Positions 28,278 through 36,996 of a stretch of DNA of 64,000 nt are shown in pieces. Position 1 is the stretch's first letter; each line of letters begins with the position of its first letter. The stretch is from a virus (Duplodnaviria; Caudoviricetes). The notes below the pieces were generated by a model, which did no database searches, was not told the origin of the DNA, and saw nothing but the letters and a program-made list of their open reading frames with translations. Location: IMG/VR virus record IMGVR_UViG_3300025890_003315, positions 1-64,000 of that record; one strand, written 5' to 3'. A program made the translations under genes and the position numbers.

Positions 28278-28973
28278 TCAGAAGGTAAAATTAATACCAA
28301 ATGTAGTAGCAATTTCTTGGTCGAGAGCATTGGCTGGGTTAGTCAAGTTGTTATCAAGAACAGCAACGCTTACAAATGGAGTAAGATTGGATGTGATCTT
28401 GTAGCCAAGCTTTGCAGAAGCTGCCAAAAATTCGCTTCCAAAAGTAGGAATACCATACTCAAACTTTGGAGTAAAAACAAACTTCTTGTATGACAAGTCT
28501 GTAGTAAGGCCAACTGCTGCGCCTTTATTATCATAAGACAATGTATTAAAATAGCGCACATATGGAGTAATATATTTATTGTTCAAACTGACTCCAGCAG
28601 AAAATTCGCTATTGTCAACGATTGTGGTGGAGTCAAACTCTCTACGAGTATAAGACGCACTTACAGTAGGGCTAACAATCTTATCCTTGAGAAAAGACTT
28701 TTCGAGACCTACGCCAAATACTGCTTGTGATTCTGAGCCTTTTGGAAGGTATGTAGCCGAAAGAGTTGGCGTGATAAAATCGTTTTTAGCTGAAATTCCT
28801 GCGCTGAAATATGCAGAGTTACCTATGTAACCGAGACCGTTAGCTTGGTTAAGGGTTGTATAGCCAGCTTCCAAACTAACTTCAGATTCAATCGCTCTCT
28901 TATTAACGTCTTCTGCCGCGCTAGCGAAGGTAGCGGCAAGACCCAACATTGTAATTACAATCAATTTTCGCAT
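28278..28973 (-). CDS. Outer-membrane beta-barrel protein with signal peptide
   Basis: MRKLIVITMLGLAATFASA/AED signal peptide, alternating amphipathic strands, C-terminal FGINFTF beta-signal. Confidence 0.85.
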   Translation of the reverse strand: MRKLIVITMLGLAATFASAAEDVNKRAIESEVSLEAGYTTLNQANGLGYIGNSAYFSAGISAKNDFITPTLSATYLPKGSESQAVFGVGLEKSFLKDKIVSPTVSASYTRREFDSTTIVDNSEFSAGVSLNNKYITPYVRYFNTLSYDNKGAAVGLTTDLSYKKFVFTPKFEYGIPTFGSEFLAASAKLGYKITSNLTPFVSVAVLDNNLTNPANALDQEIATTFGINFTF

Positions 28974-29008
28974 TGATATATAGTAAATGAAATTTCTAAA
29001 AAGTCAAA

Positions 29009-29170
29009 TTATTTTTCTGAAATGTAAAATTCTTCTTTTTTTGTTTTTTTTAGTTTTTTCATATACTTTTCAGCTTTTTCAAAGCCTTCTTCTGTATGAT
29101 CAAAGACTCCGTATTGATAATTTTTCTCTTTTGATCGAATATAATAAAATTTTTGTTTTTTTCTAGGCAT
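29009..29170 (-). CDS. Small basic hypothetical protein (53 aa)
   Basis: MPRKKQKFYYIRSKEKNYQYGVFDHTEEGFEKAEKYMKKLKKTKKEEFYISEK*; overlaps the upstream stop. Below the ORF-track cutoff. Confidence 0.6.
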   Translation of the reverse strand: MPRKKQKFYYIRSKEKNYQYGVFDHTEEGFEKAEKYMKKLKKTKKEEFYISEK

Positions 29171-29414
29171 CTTTTTCTAGCCTTTCTATTTCTTCTAGTT
29201 CTTGTTGAATAAGACGTAGTATCTCTACTCCTTCTTTTTCAAGAGCCTCCACTTCTTCTATTGTGCGAGCATTTTCTTTTTTTTTATTAAAAAGAGTTAT
29301 TTTCTCTTCGATCCAAGAAGTTTGAAGACTGCTTAAATCAAGTTTTTCTTGAAGTTCACTGTTCACTTTGAATTTCTTGTAGAAGTTTTTGAAGTGAACG
29401 CAAGTGGAAAACAA
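29163..29414 (-). CDS. Hypothetical coiled-coil protein (start uncertain)
   Basis: E/K-rich helical ORF in a minus-strand run. Confidence 0.5.
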   Translation of the reverse strand: MFSTCVHFKNFYKKFKVNSELQEKLDLSSLQTSWIEEKITLFNKKKENARTIEEVEALEKEGVEILRLIQQELEEIERLEKDA

Positions 29415-29547
29415 AAAAGCTTTCTCCGACAGCTTGTTTAGCCTTCCCTCTAGCTATCATTTCTCTTTTCCATTCTTCGTCTTTTTCAATTGCAGATTGA
29501 AGAATATCATCAGTAAGAGTGATAGCATTTTCTAATTTAGTTCTCAT
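29356..29547 (-). CDS. Hypothetical protein
   Basis: 63-aa ORF starting 3 nt after the HNH stop. Confidence 0.5.
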   Translation of the reverse strand: MRTKLENAITLTDDILQSAIEKDEEWKREMIARGKAKQAVGESFFVFHLRSLQKLLQEIQSEQ

Positions 29548-29550
29548 TTA

Positions 29551-30162
29551 TTATATAATATCGACAAGAGTCTTTTTTATCAAAAAAATACTCCAATCTT
29601 TATGTTTTATTGGTATTTCGGTAGCAAGTGGCATTAAAGGCGGTTCTTCTGGTTTTTTTATCAACTTTAAACCAGCCTCTTCGTTTGTTCTGTTTCCTTT
29701 TCGTGAATTGATTCTTTTGTCGCAAAAGACTAGATTATCCCAAGAGTTTTTCCCGCCTCTTGATTTTGGTAAAACGTGATCAATAGATCCTTCTTCTGGT
29801 TTTAATTTTTTGCCAGAATATTGGCAGATATTTCTATCTCGTTCCCTTATGCTTTTTAAAGTTAGGGGTATTTTTTTGTATAATATTTTAGAAAAATTAA
29901 CAGTTATCAAAACAGTTGGTATTCTGATTTCCTTTTTGACTCCGTTTACAAAATAGTCTGTAGGTCTAATCTCTAGTTTTTCCCATTGCACCCATGTCAT
30001 TGGTTGTATATTTGAAACTTCGTTCTCTATGTGTTCTATATTTAAAGCTTTGAACTTGTTCGAATACAATCCAGATAGTGCGTCAATAGTATTTTTATAA
30101 CCTATTGGTTGCCAAGCTGAGTTCAAAACAAGCGAGAAACATCTATTGGCTAAATCTGACAT
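29551..30162 (-). CDS. HNH endonuclease
   Basis: LVLNSAWQPI N-terminus; RDRNICQYSG...SIDHVLPKSRGGKNSWDNLVFCDKRINSRKGN. Confidence 0.9.
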   Translation of the reverse strand: MSDLANRCFSLVLNSAWQPIGYKNTIDALSGLYSNKFKALNIEHIENEVSNIQPMTWVQWEKLEIRPTDYFVNGVKKEIRIPTVLITVNFSKILYKKIPLTLKSIRERDRNICQYSGKKLKPEEGSIDHVLPKSRGGKNSWDNLVFCDKRINSRKGNRTNEEAGLKLIKKPEEPPLMPLATEIPIKHKDWSIFLIKKTLVDII

Positions 30163-30192
30163 AGCAATTTTACGATAAAGTAGATATAATCA

Positions 30193-30200
30193 GTGTAAAT
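30193..30200 (+). promoter_or_regulatory. Representative of the recurrent GTGTAA(W)(W) putative late-promoter element
   Basis: Copies at 4570(-), 4592, 7119, 10678, 26604(-), 26630, 30193, 31040, 39050, 39156 and 53837, with a GGGTAA variant at 8466. Except 39050, each lies 8-23 nt before a start codon. Confidence 0.65.
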
Positions 30201-30207
30201 AGTATAA

Positions 30208-31035
30208 ATGTCAAGAAGAGATTTAAGATTAAACAACGTTCCAACGATGCGGACGGCCACGCTTCTTGGTACAGGTGAACTTATTCCGAGAAACGGAGAT
30301 GATAGAATAGCTATCACAGATATTTCTCATAATGGGTATAGGCCAGTTTTTCTAAGGCAAAGCCCATTAGCTGGCAATGTCCCATCTGGTATTATTGGAG
30401 AGCATTTTCTTGGAATTCCTGTTAGCGGAAGTTCGGATTTTAAATCTCCTGTTATTTCTGACGCTGGGGTATCGATATACAATGCGACAGATAGTTCTAT
30501 TGAGGGATCACAAAATCCAGTTACAGAAAAAGTCTTGGTATCTGCTAATTATTACTATTTTAGACAAAATGGATCTTACTTTGACAATGCTCTTAGATTA
30601 AGAATTAAATTCTCTGTGACATCTTCCGTGTTTACTAAACAGGAAATGGAAAGTAAGTGGGTTAGATTCATTCTTGCTGCTGGAGTACAGGTCGATGAAG
30701 TAATACTTACTCAAACTGGCTTTGGCGTAACAGAAAGGACTGTTTACGAAATAGACGGAAGCAGCTTGTTTGATAGTCAAAATGTAGCTTTCACTATAAC
30801 GAGTAATACGGCTATGACATCTGCAATTTTTAAAGGCAGTAGTCAGCCTTGGACTCAAACTTCTGCTTATCCAAATGGGGATGTGAACGGATCTTTGCGG
30901 TATTGGTTGGAAAATTATAGTCAGCCAGCCGATACAGAAATATATGGAGGCATATCTTTTTACAAAGACGATTTAGAATACGGAATTCAATATGGAGTTG
31001 GAGAAATTTTACTTGATGTAACTGTAGTTATTTAA
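30208..31035 (+). CDS. Hypothetical protein, paralog family RLNxVP (long member)
   Basis: N-terminal ~95 aa are similar to the next two ORFs, plus an extra beta-rich C-terminal domain; GTGTAA upstream. Confidence 0.65.
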   Translation: MSRRDLRLNNVPTMRTATLLGTGELIPRNGDDRIAITDISHNGYRPVFLRQSPLAGNVPSGIIGEHFLGIPVSGSSDFKSPVISDAGVSIYNATDSSIEGSQNPVTEKVLVSANYYYFRQNGSYFDNALRLRIKFSVTSSVFTKQEMESKWVRFILAAGVQVDEVILTQTGFGVTERTVYEIDGSSLFDSQNVAFTITSNTAMTSAIFKGSSQPWTQTSAYPNGDVNGSLRYWLENYSQPADTEIYGGISFYKDDLEYGIQYGVGEILLDVTVVI

Positions 31036-31053
31036 TATAGTGTAATAAATATT

Positions 31054-31350
31054 ATGGCTTCAAATAGAGATTTAAGATTAAATAGCGTTCCGGGTTTTAC
31101 GGCTTATAAAGCCGGGGTTGGTGTTTTGGCTTCAGCAAGTGATAGTGAGTCGATAGTAATTTCCGATATAATCGCAAATACAACTGGTGAACTGAGAGCA
31201 AACGATGGATCTGGAGACGTTATTATGACAATTGCTGCTGCTGGTCATTGTAATTTGGTAACCCCCATTATAGTAGGGAAAGGAATTGATGTCTACAATG
31301 CTAATAGCGCGATGAATATCACTATAAATTATTGGAAGAATAGAGCTTAA
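31054..31350 (+). CDS. Hypothetical protein, paralog family RLNxVP
   Basis: DLRLNSVP...IVISDII...GHCNLVTPIIV...INYWK; GTGTAA upstream. Confidence 0.7.
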   Translation: MASNRDLRLNSVPGFTAYKAGVGVLASASDSESIVISDIIANTTGELRANDGSGDVIMTIAAAGHCNLVTPIIVGKGIDVYNANSAMNITINYWKNRA

Positions 31351-31351
31351 A

Positions 31352-31669
31352 ATGTCTGATGCAAGATTAAATAGCGTACCTGTAGATGGGGGTACGAGAA
31401 ACGCATTTATTCAAGGGTATGGGATAATTTTGAACGCAGAAGAAGGCGAGAGTATTGTCATAACTGATATTATCGCAAGAAGCTCAGGTCAATTGACAGA
31501 GGATACCGCTTTAGGAGATGTAATAATAACTATCCCAGTCTTTGGCCATTCAAACTTGACAACTCCTATTAAAGTTTCCAAAGGAGCATCTGTTTTTAAC
31601 AATACGCTCGATGGAGCGATTAACAATGAAAATCAAATTTCTATAAATTATTATAAAGTCAGACATTAA
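31352..31669 (+). CDS. Hypothetical protein, paralog family RLNxVP
   Basis: DARLNSVP...IVITDII...GHSNLTTPIKV...INYYK. Confidence 0.7.
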   Translation: MSDARLNSVPVDGGTRNAFIQGYGIILNAEEGESIVITDIIARSSGQLTEDTALGDVIITIPVFGHSNLTTPIKVSKGASVFNNTLDGAINNENQISINYYKVRH

Positions 31670-32088
31670 ACGCCAGTGCTTCCGAAACCGCCAGTTCCTC
31701 TTTCTGACTGATCGAGAAACTCTTCTACCTCTCCAAATTCTGCATCGAAACATTGCTCAATAATGATTTGAGCGATTCTATCTTCGTTCTTTACATCGAA
31801 CGCTTCTTGTCCAAAGTTGATCAAAATTACACCAATTTCGTTTCTATAGCCACTATCGATCACGCCAGCAAGAACATCGATACCGTGCTTGTATGCAAGT
31901 CCGCTTCTTGGGGCTATTCTGCCATAATATCCATCTGGAATAGCCAAACCGATTCCTGTCTTGATTAACTTCCTTTCGCCGGGAAAAATAGTATGAAAGC
32001 CAATTGAATGCAAATCGTATCCAGCGTCAGTGTTATGCGCTCTAGATGGAATAATGGCTTGTGGGTTAAACTTTTTTAATTGAATCAT
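31666..32088 (-). CDS. dut: dUTPase (trimeric)
   Basis: AGYDL, IAPRSGLA, GVIDSGYRNEI, DRIAQII and RGTGGFGSTG motifs. Confidence 0.97.
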   Translation of the reverse strand: MIQLKKFNPQAIIPSRAHNTDAGYDLHSIGFHTIFPGERKLIKTGIGLAIPDGYYGRIAPRSGLAYKHGIDVLAGVIDSGYRNEIGVILINFGQEAFDVKNEDRIAQIIIEQCFDAEFGEVEEFLDQSERGTGGFGSTGV

Positions 32089-32124
32089 ACATTATGATTC
32101 AGGTATTTTCTAAAAAAGTCAAAT

Positions 32125-32151
32125 AAAAAAGTGACCCCGAATGGTCACTTT
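32125..32151 (-). terminator. Rho-independent terminator after hsp20
   Basis: AAAGTGACC-CCGAAT-GGTCACTTT inverted repeat with an A6 tract on plus (T tract on minus). Confidence 0.8.
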
Positions 32152-32187
32152 AGTTTCGTGTGTCACATGTGGATCATTTTGGCACAG

Positions 32188-32562
32188 TCACTCAATGTCA
32201 ATTTGTCTCGGTTTTTGTTGTTCAAGTTTTGGCGCAGTGACAATAGCTACGCCGTTTTTTAGTGATACTCTGACCTTTGAGATATCTGAGCCTTCTGGAA
32301 GCAAATACTGTTTATTTACTTCTTTTTTATAAAACTCATTTTCAATTGAGCCTTTTACAAATAAAATGTCGTCTTTTACTGAGATTTTGGCATCTTTTTT
32401 ATCTAATCCGGGGATAGTTAAAACTAAAACGCTATCTCCATTTTTTGATTCTGTCCAATAAGCTGAACTTAAATCAAAAGATTTGACGTTGTCTTCAAAA
32501 AATTCATCCATCATTTGTGGAAATGGAAACCGACTTGAGTTTAGAGTTAATGTCTTAAGCAT
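32188..32562 (-). CDS. Small heat shock protein (Hsp20/alpha-crystallin)
   Basis: IPGLDKKDAKISVKDDILFVKG...LPEGSDISKVRVSLKNGVAIVTAPK...IDIE. Confidence 0.92.
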   Translation of the reverse strand: MLKTLTLNSSRFPFPQMMDEFFEDNVKSFDLSSAYWTESKNGDSVLVLTIPGLDKKDAKISVKDDILFVKGSIENEFYKKEVNKQYLLPEGSDISKVRVSLKNGVAIVTAPKLEQQKPRQIDIE

Positions 32563-32571
32563 ATAAATACC

Positions 32572-33387
32572 TTATAGCAAGTTTCGTGCCAAAATTTCAT
32601 TCAAGTTTAGAAAATATGCAGAAAATATCTTTTTAATTTTTTGATATTGTATTTCTGGGGTGTTAGCTGACCCACTTAAAAAAAGATGATCTTCTTTTTT
32701 GATCAACTTCATGATTTTTTTTATATCTTGAGTCCAGTCTTCTTCACTTGAAAAGTTGTCGTCTACTTTGAAAACGTCATTTATTTTATTGTTACTAATA
32801 AGCCACTTAGAAACGTCGGAAGAGAATTCTGTCAGGACAAACTTTTCTAACTGCGTTGTGTTCAGATGGGATTTTGCTTTTATTTTATCGAAAATCTCAG
32901 CACCGAATTTCTGTTTGAATTCTATCACATCAAAATTATCACAGAAAAAGAAATCAGAGTTTATTGATAAAAATATGTTTTCTTTATTTCTTTTTAAGTC
33001 GTTTATTCCGCATATATCGAACTCCGCATCGAACGAATGATACATGTTGGATACTTCGCTTTTATTTTTATTTAAAAAGTCAACACATGAATCACAAGAA
33101 AATTGGTCTGCTGATAAATGGACCGACCCAAACGACAGTTTATTTTTTGAAAAATTTCCATATCTACAGTTTTCTGGCTTAACCCAAATAATTTTCTTAA
33201 ATTTAAAAAAATAATAGAGTAAAAAATTTAAACTGTCTTGACATGATATATTCGTTTTTAAATTTGTCAAGCAAGAATTTGAGCCAAACCTGATGAGTGT
33301 TGCCCCTTCTGTTGGTGTTTCGTCAGTTTTTAAGTGTGATAGGATAGACAATTCTTTGTTAAAAATTTTCATTTTTTTACTTGACAA
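32572..33387 (-). CDS. Hypothetical protein
   Basis: 271-aa ORF with no recognised motif. Confidence 0.55.
   Translation of the reverse strand: MSSKKMKIFNKELSILSHLKTDETPTEGATLIRFGSNSCLTNLKTNISCQDSLNFLLYYFFKFKKIIWVKPENCRYGNFSKNKLSFGSVHLSADQFSCDSCVDFLNKNKSEVSNMYHSFDAEFDICGINDLKRNKENIFLSINSDFFFCDNFDVIEFKQKFGAEIFDKIKAKSHLNTTQLEKFVLTEFSSDVSKWLISNNKINDVFKVDDNFSSEEDWTQDIKKIMKLIKKEDHLFLSGSANTPEIQYQKIKKIFSAYFLNLNEILARNLL
32576..32592 (-). promoter_or_regulatory. Sigma54 (-24/-12) promoter upstream of hsp20
   Basis: Minus strand TTGGCACGAAACTTGCT matches the consensus YTGGCACGRNNNTTGCW, 13 nt before the hsp20 ATG. Confidence 0.75.
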
Positions 33388-33410
33388 CTTCTAAAAACAG
33401 CTTATATATA

Positions 33411-33462
33411 ATTTGTACATATTATTTGTACATATTATTTGTACATATTATTTGTACAAATA
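33411..33462. repeat. 13-bp tandem repeat x4 with palindromic core
   Basis: ATTTGTACATATT x3 plus ATTTGTACAAATA, followed by a very AT-rich tract. Confidence 0.95.
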
Positions 33463-33519
33463 AGACATTCATATTATATATTCTATATATTAATATTTTA
33501 TGTTCTATTCATAATATTT

Positions 33520-34179
33520 ATGGAAACATGTTTTATTGGAATTGGTGGAGTAGCTAGGTCTGGGAAAGACACTCTTTCTAGATTGTTGGCAAGAGAACTT
33601 GAGTCTCTTGGCAACTCTTGTTCCATATTGTCGCTAGCGGACCCTCTGAAACAAGAATTGGATGATTTTTGTTATGAGAACTTTGGCATCACAGCAACCA
33701 CAGATAAAACAGAAGAAAAGCTTATCATCAGAGATCTTTTAGTCGGCTATGGCGCTGCTAAAAGAAAGTTGACAGAAGGTAGATATTTCACAGAAGAAGC
33801 TGATAGAAGGATGCTACACTCAAAAAGAGACGTAGTTATCATTCCAGACATGAGATACGATGAATATGAAAAAGATGAAGTTCATTGGTTGAAGCAAGAA
33901 CATGGCGGCGTATTGATTCATCTTTCTAGATTTGAATTTGATGTTATTGAAGAGCTAGAAGACGGGAATTGGACTGGGCTAAATGGAAGAAGTTTCGTCA
34001 AGCCAGCCAACGCTCACGAAGAAGCCAACGACCCTAGATTATCAGAAAAATCTGATTACAAGTTAAGTTGGCCTACGTTTAAAAAAAAATCTGACGAGAT
34101 GTGTTTACCTTATGTTGAAAAAATTGCTCAATGGTTGATTGATACAGGAAAGGTTTCTGCAAATGTGCTTGTATGGTAA
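33520..34179 (+). CDS. Deoxynucleoside monophosphate kinase (T4 gp1-like)
   Basis: IGIGGVARSGKDT P-loop, SLADPLKQ, RDLLVGYG, VVIIPDMRYDE. Start set at METCF; the longer track ORF translates the repeat. Confidence 0.8.
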   Translation: METCFIGIGGVARSGKDTLSRLLARELESLGNSCSILSLADPLKQELDDFCYENFGITATTDKTEEKLIIRDLLVGYGAAKRKLTEGRYFTEEADRRMLHSKRDVVIIPDMRYDEYEKDEVHWLKQEHGGVLIHLSRFEFDVIEELEDGNWTGLNGRSFVKPANAHEEANDPRLSEKSDYKLSWPTFKKKSDEMCLPYVEKIAQWLIDTGKVSANVLVW

Positions 34180-34613
34180 CTTCGAATACAACTATCGAAG
34201 ATTTTATCACTTATGAAATCAAGGACGCAGAAGGTAGATTATTCATCCCTCATGCTTTTAGGACTAATACAAAAAGCCTTAAAGAAACGGACTTCTCAAA
34301 TGTCGATGTGCCAGTCGGAGCATTTGACAAATACGTTTCTTTAAGTTTTTCGGTCTCTGATGAAAATCAATGGGTATCATTTTGTTTGACTGAGTTTTTG
34401 TTTGATGATCAAAAAACAGTTTTAGATTTTGAAACTTTTTTTCAAGGGGAAACTATATTGGGCTGCATTTACAAATCCTTGAAGTACATGGAGAATGGAA
34501 TAAAATCAGTAACGCCACATGGCCACGAAATAAATCTAACGACATACAAAGAAGTTAGTTGCGTTTTTGAAGATTTTTTAAATTTAATAATAAAATGGAA
34601 GATGGAAAATTAG
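34173..34613 (+). CDS. Hypothetical protein
   Basis: 146-aa ORF overlapping both neighbours. Confidence 0.6.
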   Translation: MVTSNTTIEDFITYEIKDAEGRLFIPHAFRTNTKSLKETDFSNVDVPVGAFDKYVSLSFSVSDENQWVSFCLTEFLFDDQKTVLDFETFFQGETILGCIYKSLKYMENGIKSVTPHGHEINLTTYKEVSCVFEDFLNLIIKWKMEN

Positions 34614-35155
34614 TTGAGAATATAAAAAATAATGCTTGTTCTGATTCTTTTAACGAATTAAAAGAGCGTCATTCTGGTATCTGTTATAATACTTTCGCTA
34701 AATATTCAAAAGTCATGTCTGATGTTGGATACGAAAAGTCTGACATTAACACTGACAAAGATATTGTGATTTTCAAAGCCGCGAAATCTTTTGAGCCAAA
34801 TAAAGGAGTCAAATTTGGTACATGGCTGTGCAATCAAATGAGATATTTCTGTTTGAATTACATAAATAAAAACAAAAAATTTCGATCCATTGAACTAACA
34901 AAAGAGCAGCAATACCCAAGTTTTTTAGGAAGCTTTCAAGCTGAAGAAAGAGCAAGTAAAGCCATGTCCAAAATAAAGCAAATGGAAGACCCAAGAGTTT
35001 TTAAAGTTTTCCAAATGAGATATTTTAATTCAAAACCCTCCGAAAAAAAGTGGAAGAATATAGCCAACTCATTGGGAGTCAGCAACCAGACAGCATTGAA
35101 CATACACAAGCGCGGAATAGATTTTTTGAAAAAAAACTTGACAGAAATAGAATAG
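34595..35155 (+). CDS. Phage sigma70-family RNA polymerase sigma factor
   Basis: Region 2 (IFKAAKSFEPNKGVKFGTWLCNQMRY) and region 4 HTH (WKNIANSLGVSNQTALNIHKRGIDFLK). Confidence 0.85.
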   Translation: MEDGKLVENIKNNACSDSFNELKERHSGICYNTFAKYSKVMSDVGYEKSDINTDKDIVIFKAAKSFEPNKGVKFGTWLCNQMRYFCLNYINKNKKFRSIELTKEQQYPSFLGSFQAEERASKAMSKIKQMEDPRVFKVFQMRYFNSKPSEKKWKNIANSLGVSNQTALNIHKRGIDFLKKNLTEIE

Positions 35156-35165
35156 ACATCATAAT
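35138..35165 (+). promoter_or_regulatory. Sigma70-type promoter
   Basis: TTGACA-N16-CATAAT, 7 nt before the ATG at 35173. Confidence 0.65.
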
Positions 35166-35172
35166 ACAAAAA

Positions 35173-35493
35173 ATGAGCGTAGAAAATAAAACACCACAAA
35201 ACGAATGGCAAAAGAGAGAGATCGGCGCACTTTGGAAGCGTAAGTCTGCAAGTCAATCTTATCTTTCTGGTCATATTGACGTATCTAAAGCCGATGCTTT
35301 TCTCGGAGATTCAAAGCTTAAGTTTGTTGTTTTTAGCAACAGATACAAGGAAAAGGATTCTCATCCAGACTATAGGGTCTACTTGTCTAGAGACGATTCA
35401 GCGCAAAGCAATGAAGCTCCTACTAAAAAGGAAAACGTCTCTGCTCCAGAGACAAAAGAGATCGACAATCCTGACGAAGAAATCTTGGTATAA
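35173..35493 (+). CDS. DUF736-like small protein (possible ssDNA-binding fold)
   Basis: IGALWKR...YLSGHID...VVFSNRYKEKDSHPDYRVY with an acidic tail; start at MSVENK. Confidence 0.55.
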   Translation: MSVENKTPQNEWQKREIGALWKRKSASQSYLSGHIDVSKADAFLGDSKLKFVVFSNRYKEKDSHPDYRVYLSRDDSAQSNEAPTKKENVSAPETKEIDNPDEEILV

Positions 35494-35496
35494 GAT

Positions 35497-36582
35497 ATGT
35501 TTAAGTCCCTCAACTTACCAATAAATTCGGTCAGTTTTGGTCAAGTGTCAACTGCCCTGCTTCGTAAATTCTACGAGGCAGGGCTTTCGCCTAATCTTTT
35601 TACAATCGGACAAGTAGACTTATCTTCTCAAAAGCAGGATAAAGACTTTGTTGCTTGGATTCAAGATTGTGTGAATAAAGCTGGCAAAAAGCACTCTAGA
35701 GATGTTCCAATTTTTAAATTGTGGCATATCATGCAGTCTCTTGAGTCTTTCAGCAAAGAACAAGTTCTTTTTACATTCTATGAATTGGATCAACCAACAG
35801 AGTTGGAACTTAATATCTTAACTAACAATAAAAAAGTTTGCGTATCTTCAAACTACACAAAACAAGTTTTTGAAACTTTCGGATTATCAAATGTTCAATA
35901 TATCCCACTTTTCTTTGATAAAAGTAACTTTAATAAAACAAGCAAAGAATATCACCCAGAAAGAATAGTTTTCAATATTGCTGGAAAATTCGAACATAGA
36001 AAACATCACACCAAAGCTATTAGAACGTGGTTAAACAGGTATGGTAATAACAATGAGTATTTTCTTCAGTGTGCTATTTATAATCCTCATTTAAAACCAG
36101 AAGATAATCAAAAGATCATCAATGAAATAACTCAAGGAAAACAATTTTTTAATATTAATTTCCTTAGCAGAATGGAGCAAAATCAAGCTTATAACGATTT
36201 TCTTAATTCAGGAGATATCATCATAGGGGCTTCTGGAGCAGAGGGATGGGGCTTACCTGAATTTCAGAGTGTATGTTTAGGTAAACACGCTGTTATTATG
36301 AACGCACATTCTTACAAAGATTGGGCGAATAAAGACAACGCTTGTTTGTTTGAGCCAAATAGCAAGGTTCCAGCTTATGACAACATGTTCTTCAAACAAG
36401 GCCAAGAAATCAATCAAGGCAATATTTTTGATTTCAGTCCTGATAACCTTATTGACGCTTGCGAAAGAGCAGTACAAAGAGTTAAAGACCAAAAAGAAAA
36501 TACGAAAGGTCTAGAACTTCAAGAAAAATTCTCTTTAGACTTTTTCTATGAGAATATAAAATCTTTGTATGCCTCTTTATAG
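35497..36582 (+). CDS. Glycosyltransferase, GT-B (GT4-like)
   Basis: SFGQVS N-terminus, IAGKFEHRKH, and AEGWGLPEFQS donor-binding motif. Confidence 0.85.
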   Translation: MFKSLNLPINSVSFGQVSTALLRKFYEAGLSPNLFTIGQVDLSSQKQDKDFVAWIQDCVNKAGKKHSRDVPIFKLWHIMQSLESFSKEQVLFTFYELDQPTELELNILTNNKKVCVSSNYTKQVFETFGLSNVQYIPLFFDKSNFNKTSKEYHPERIVFNIAGKFEHRKHHTKAIRTWLNRYGNNNEYFLQCAIYNPHLKPEDNQKIINEITQGKQFFNINFLSRMEQNQAYNDFLNSGDIIIGASGAEGWGLPEFQSVCLGKHAVIMNAHSYKDWANKDNACLFEPNSKVPAYDNMFFKQGQEINQGNIFDFSPDNLIDACERAVQRVKDQKENTKGLELQEKFSLDFFYENIKSLYASL

Positions 36583-36931
36583 TTACAAGCATCCAGAAAA
36601 AGAAGAGTATATTGAAATCGTTCAAACAATGAACGAAGAGCATGTTTATGTAGATGAACAAGGCGTTCAATGGCAAAGAATTTTCCTGATTCCAAACGCT
36701 GCTATTAGCTCAAAAATAGACGGATCACAAGAAAACTTCAATTCCTATTTCGACAATAAAAAAGGTACATTGGGAGATGCTTTCGACGCTTCAAAAGAAG
36801 CAGCAGAAAAAAGAACAAAAATATACGGACACGATCCAGTTCAAAAAGAGTTTTTTAAAGATTATTCTGCAAAAAGAAAAGACCTTAAACACATCAAAGA
36901 CACACCTGATACACAAAACATAGTCCTTTAA
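36569..36931 (+). CDS. FmdB-like hypothetical protein lacking Zn cysteines
   Basis: MPLYSYKHPE...IEIVQTM start resembles FmdB-type ribbons (MPxYxYxC). Confidence 0.5.
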   Translation: MPLYSYKHPEKEEYIEIVQTMNEEHVYVDEQGVQWQRIFLIPNAAISSKIDGSQENFNSYFDNKKGTLGDAFDASKEAAEKRTKIYGHDPVQKEFFKDYSAKRKDLKHIKDTPDTQNIVL

Positions 36932-36996
36932 TCTTTTCTTTTTTTGGCCAAGATAAAAATTGACTTATCCCAAAAGTCGTTGTAAATACTATTCAT

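Noticed and set aside
33411-33462. CRISPR array
   Set aside because: The repeats are directly tandem 13-mers with no spacers, and there are no cas genes.
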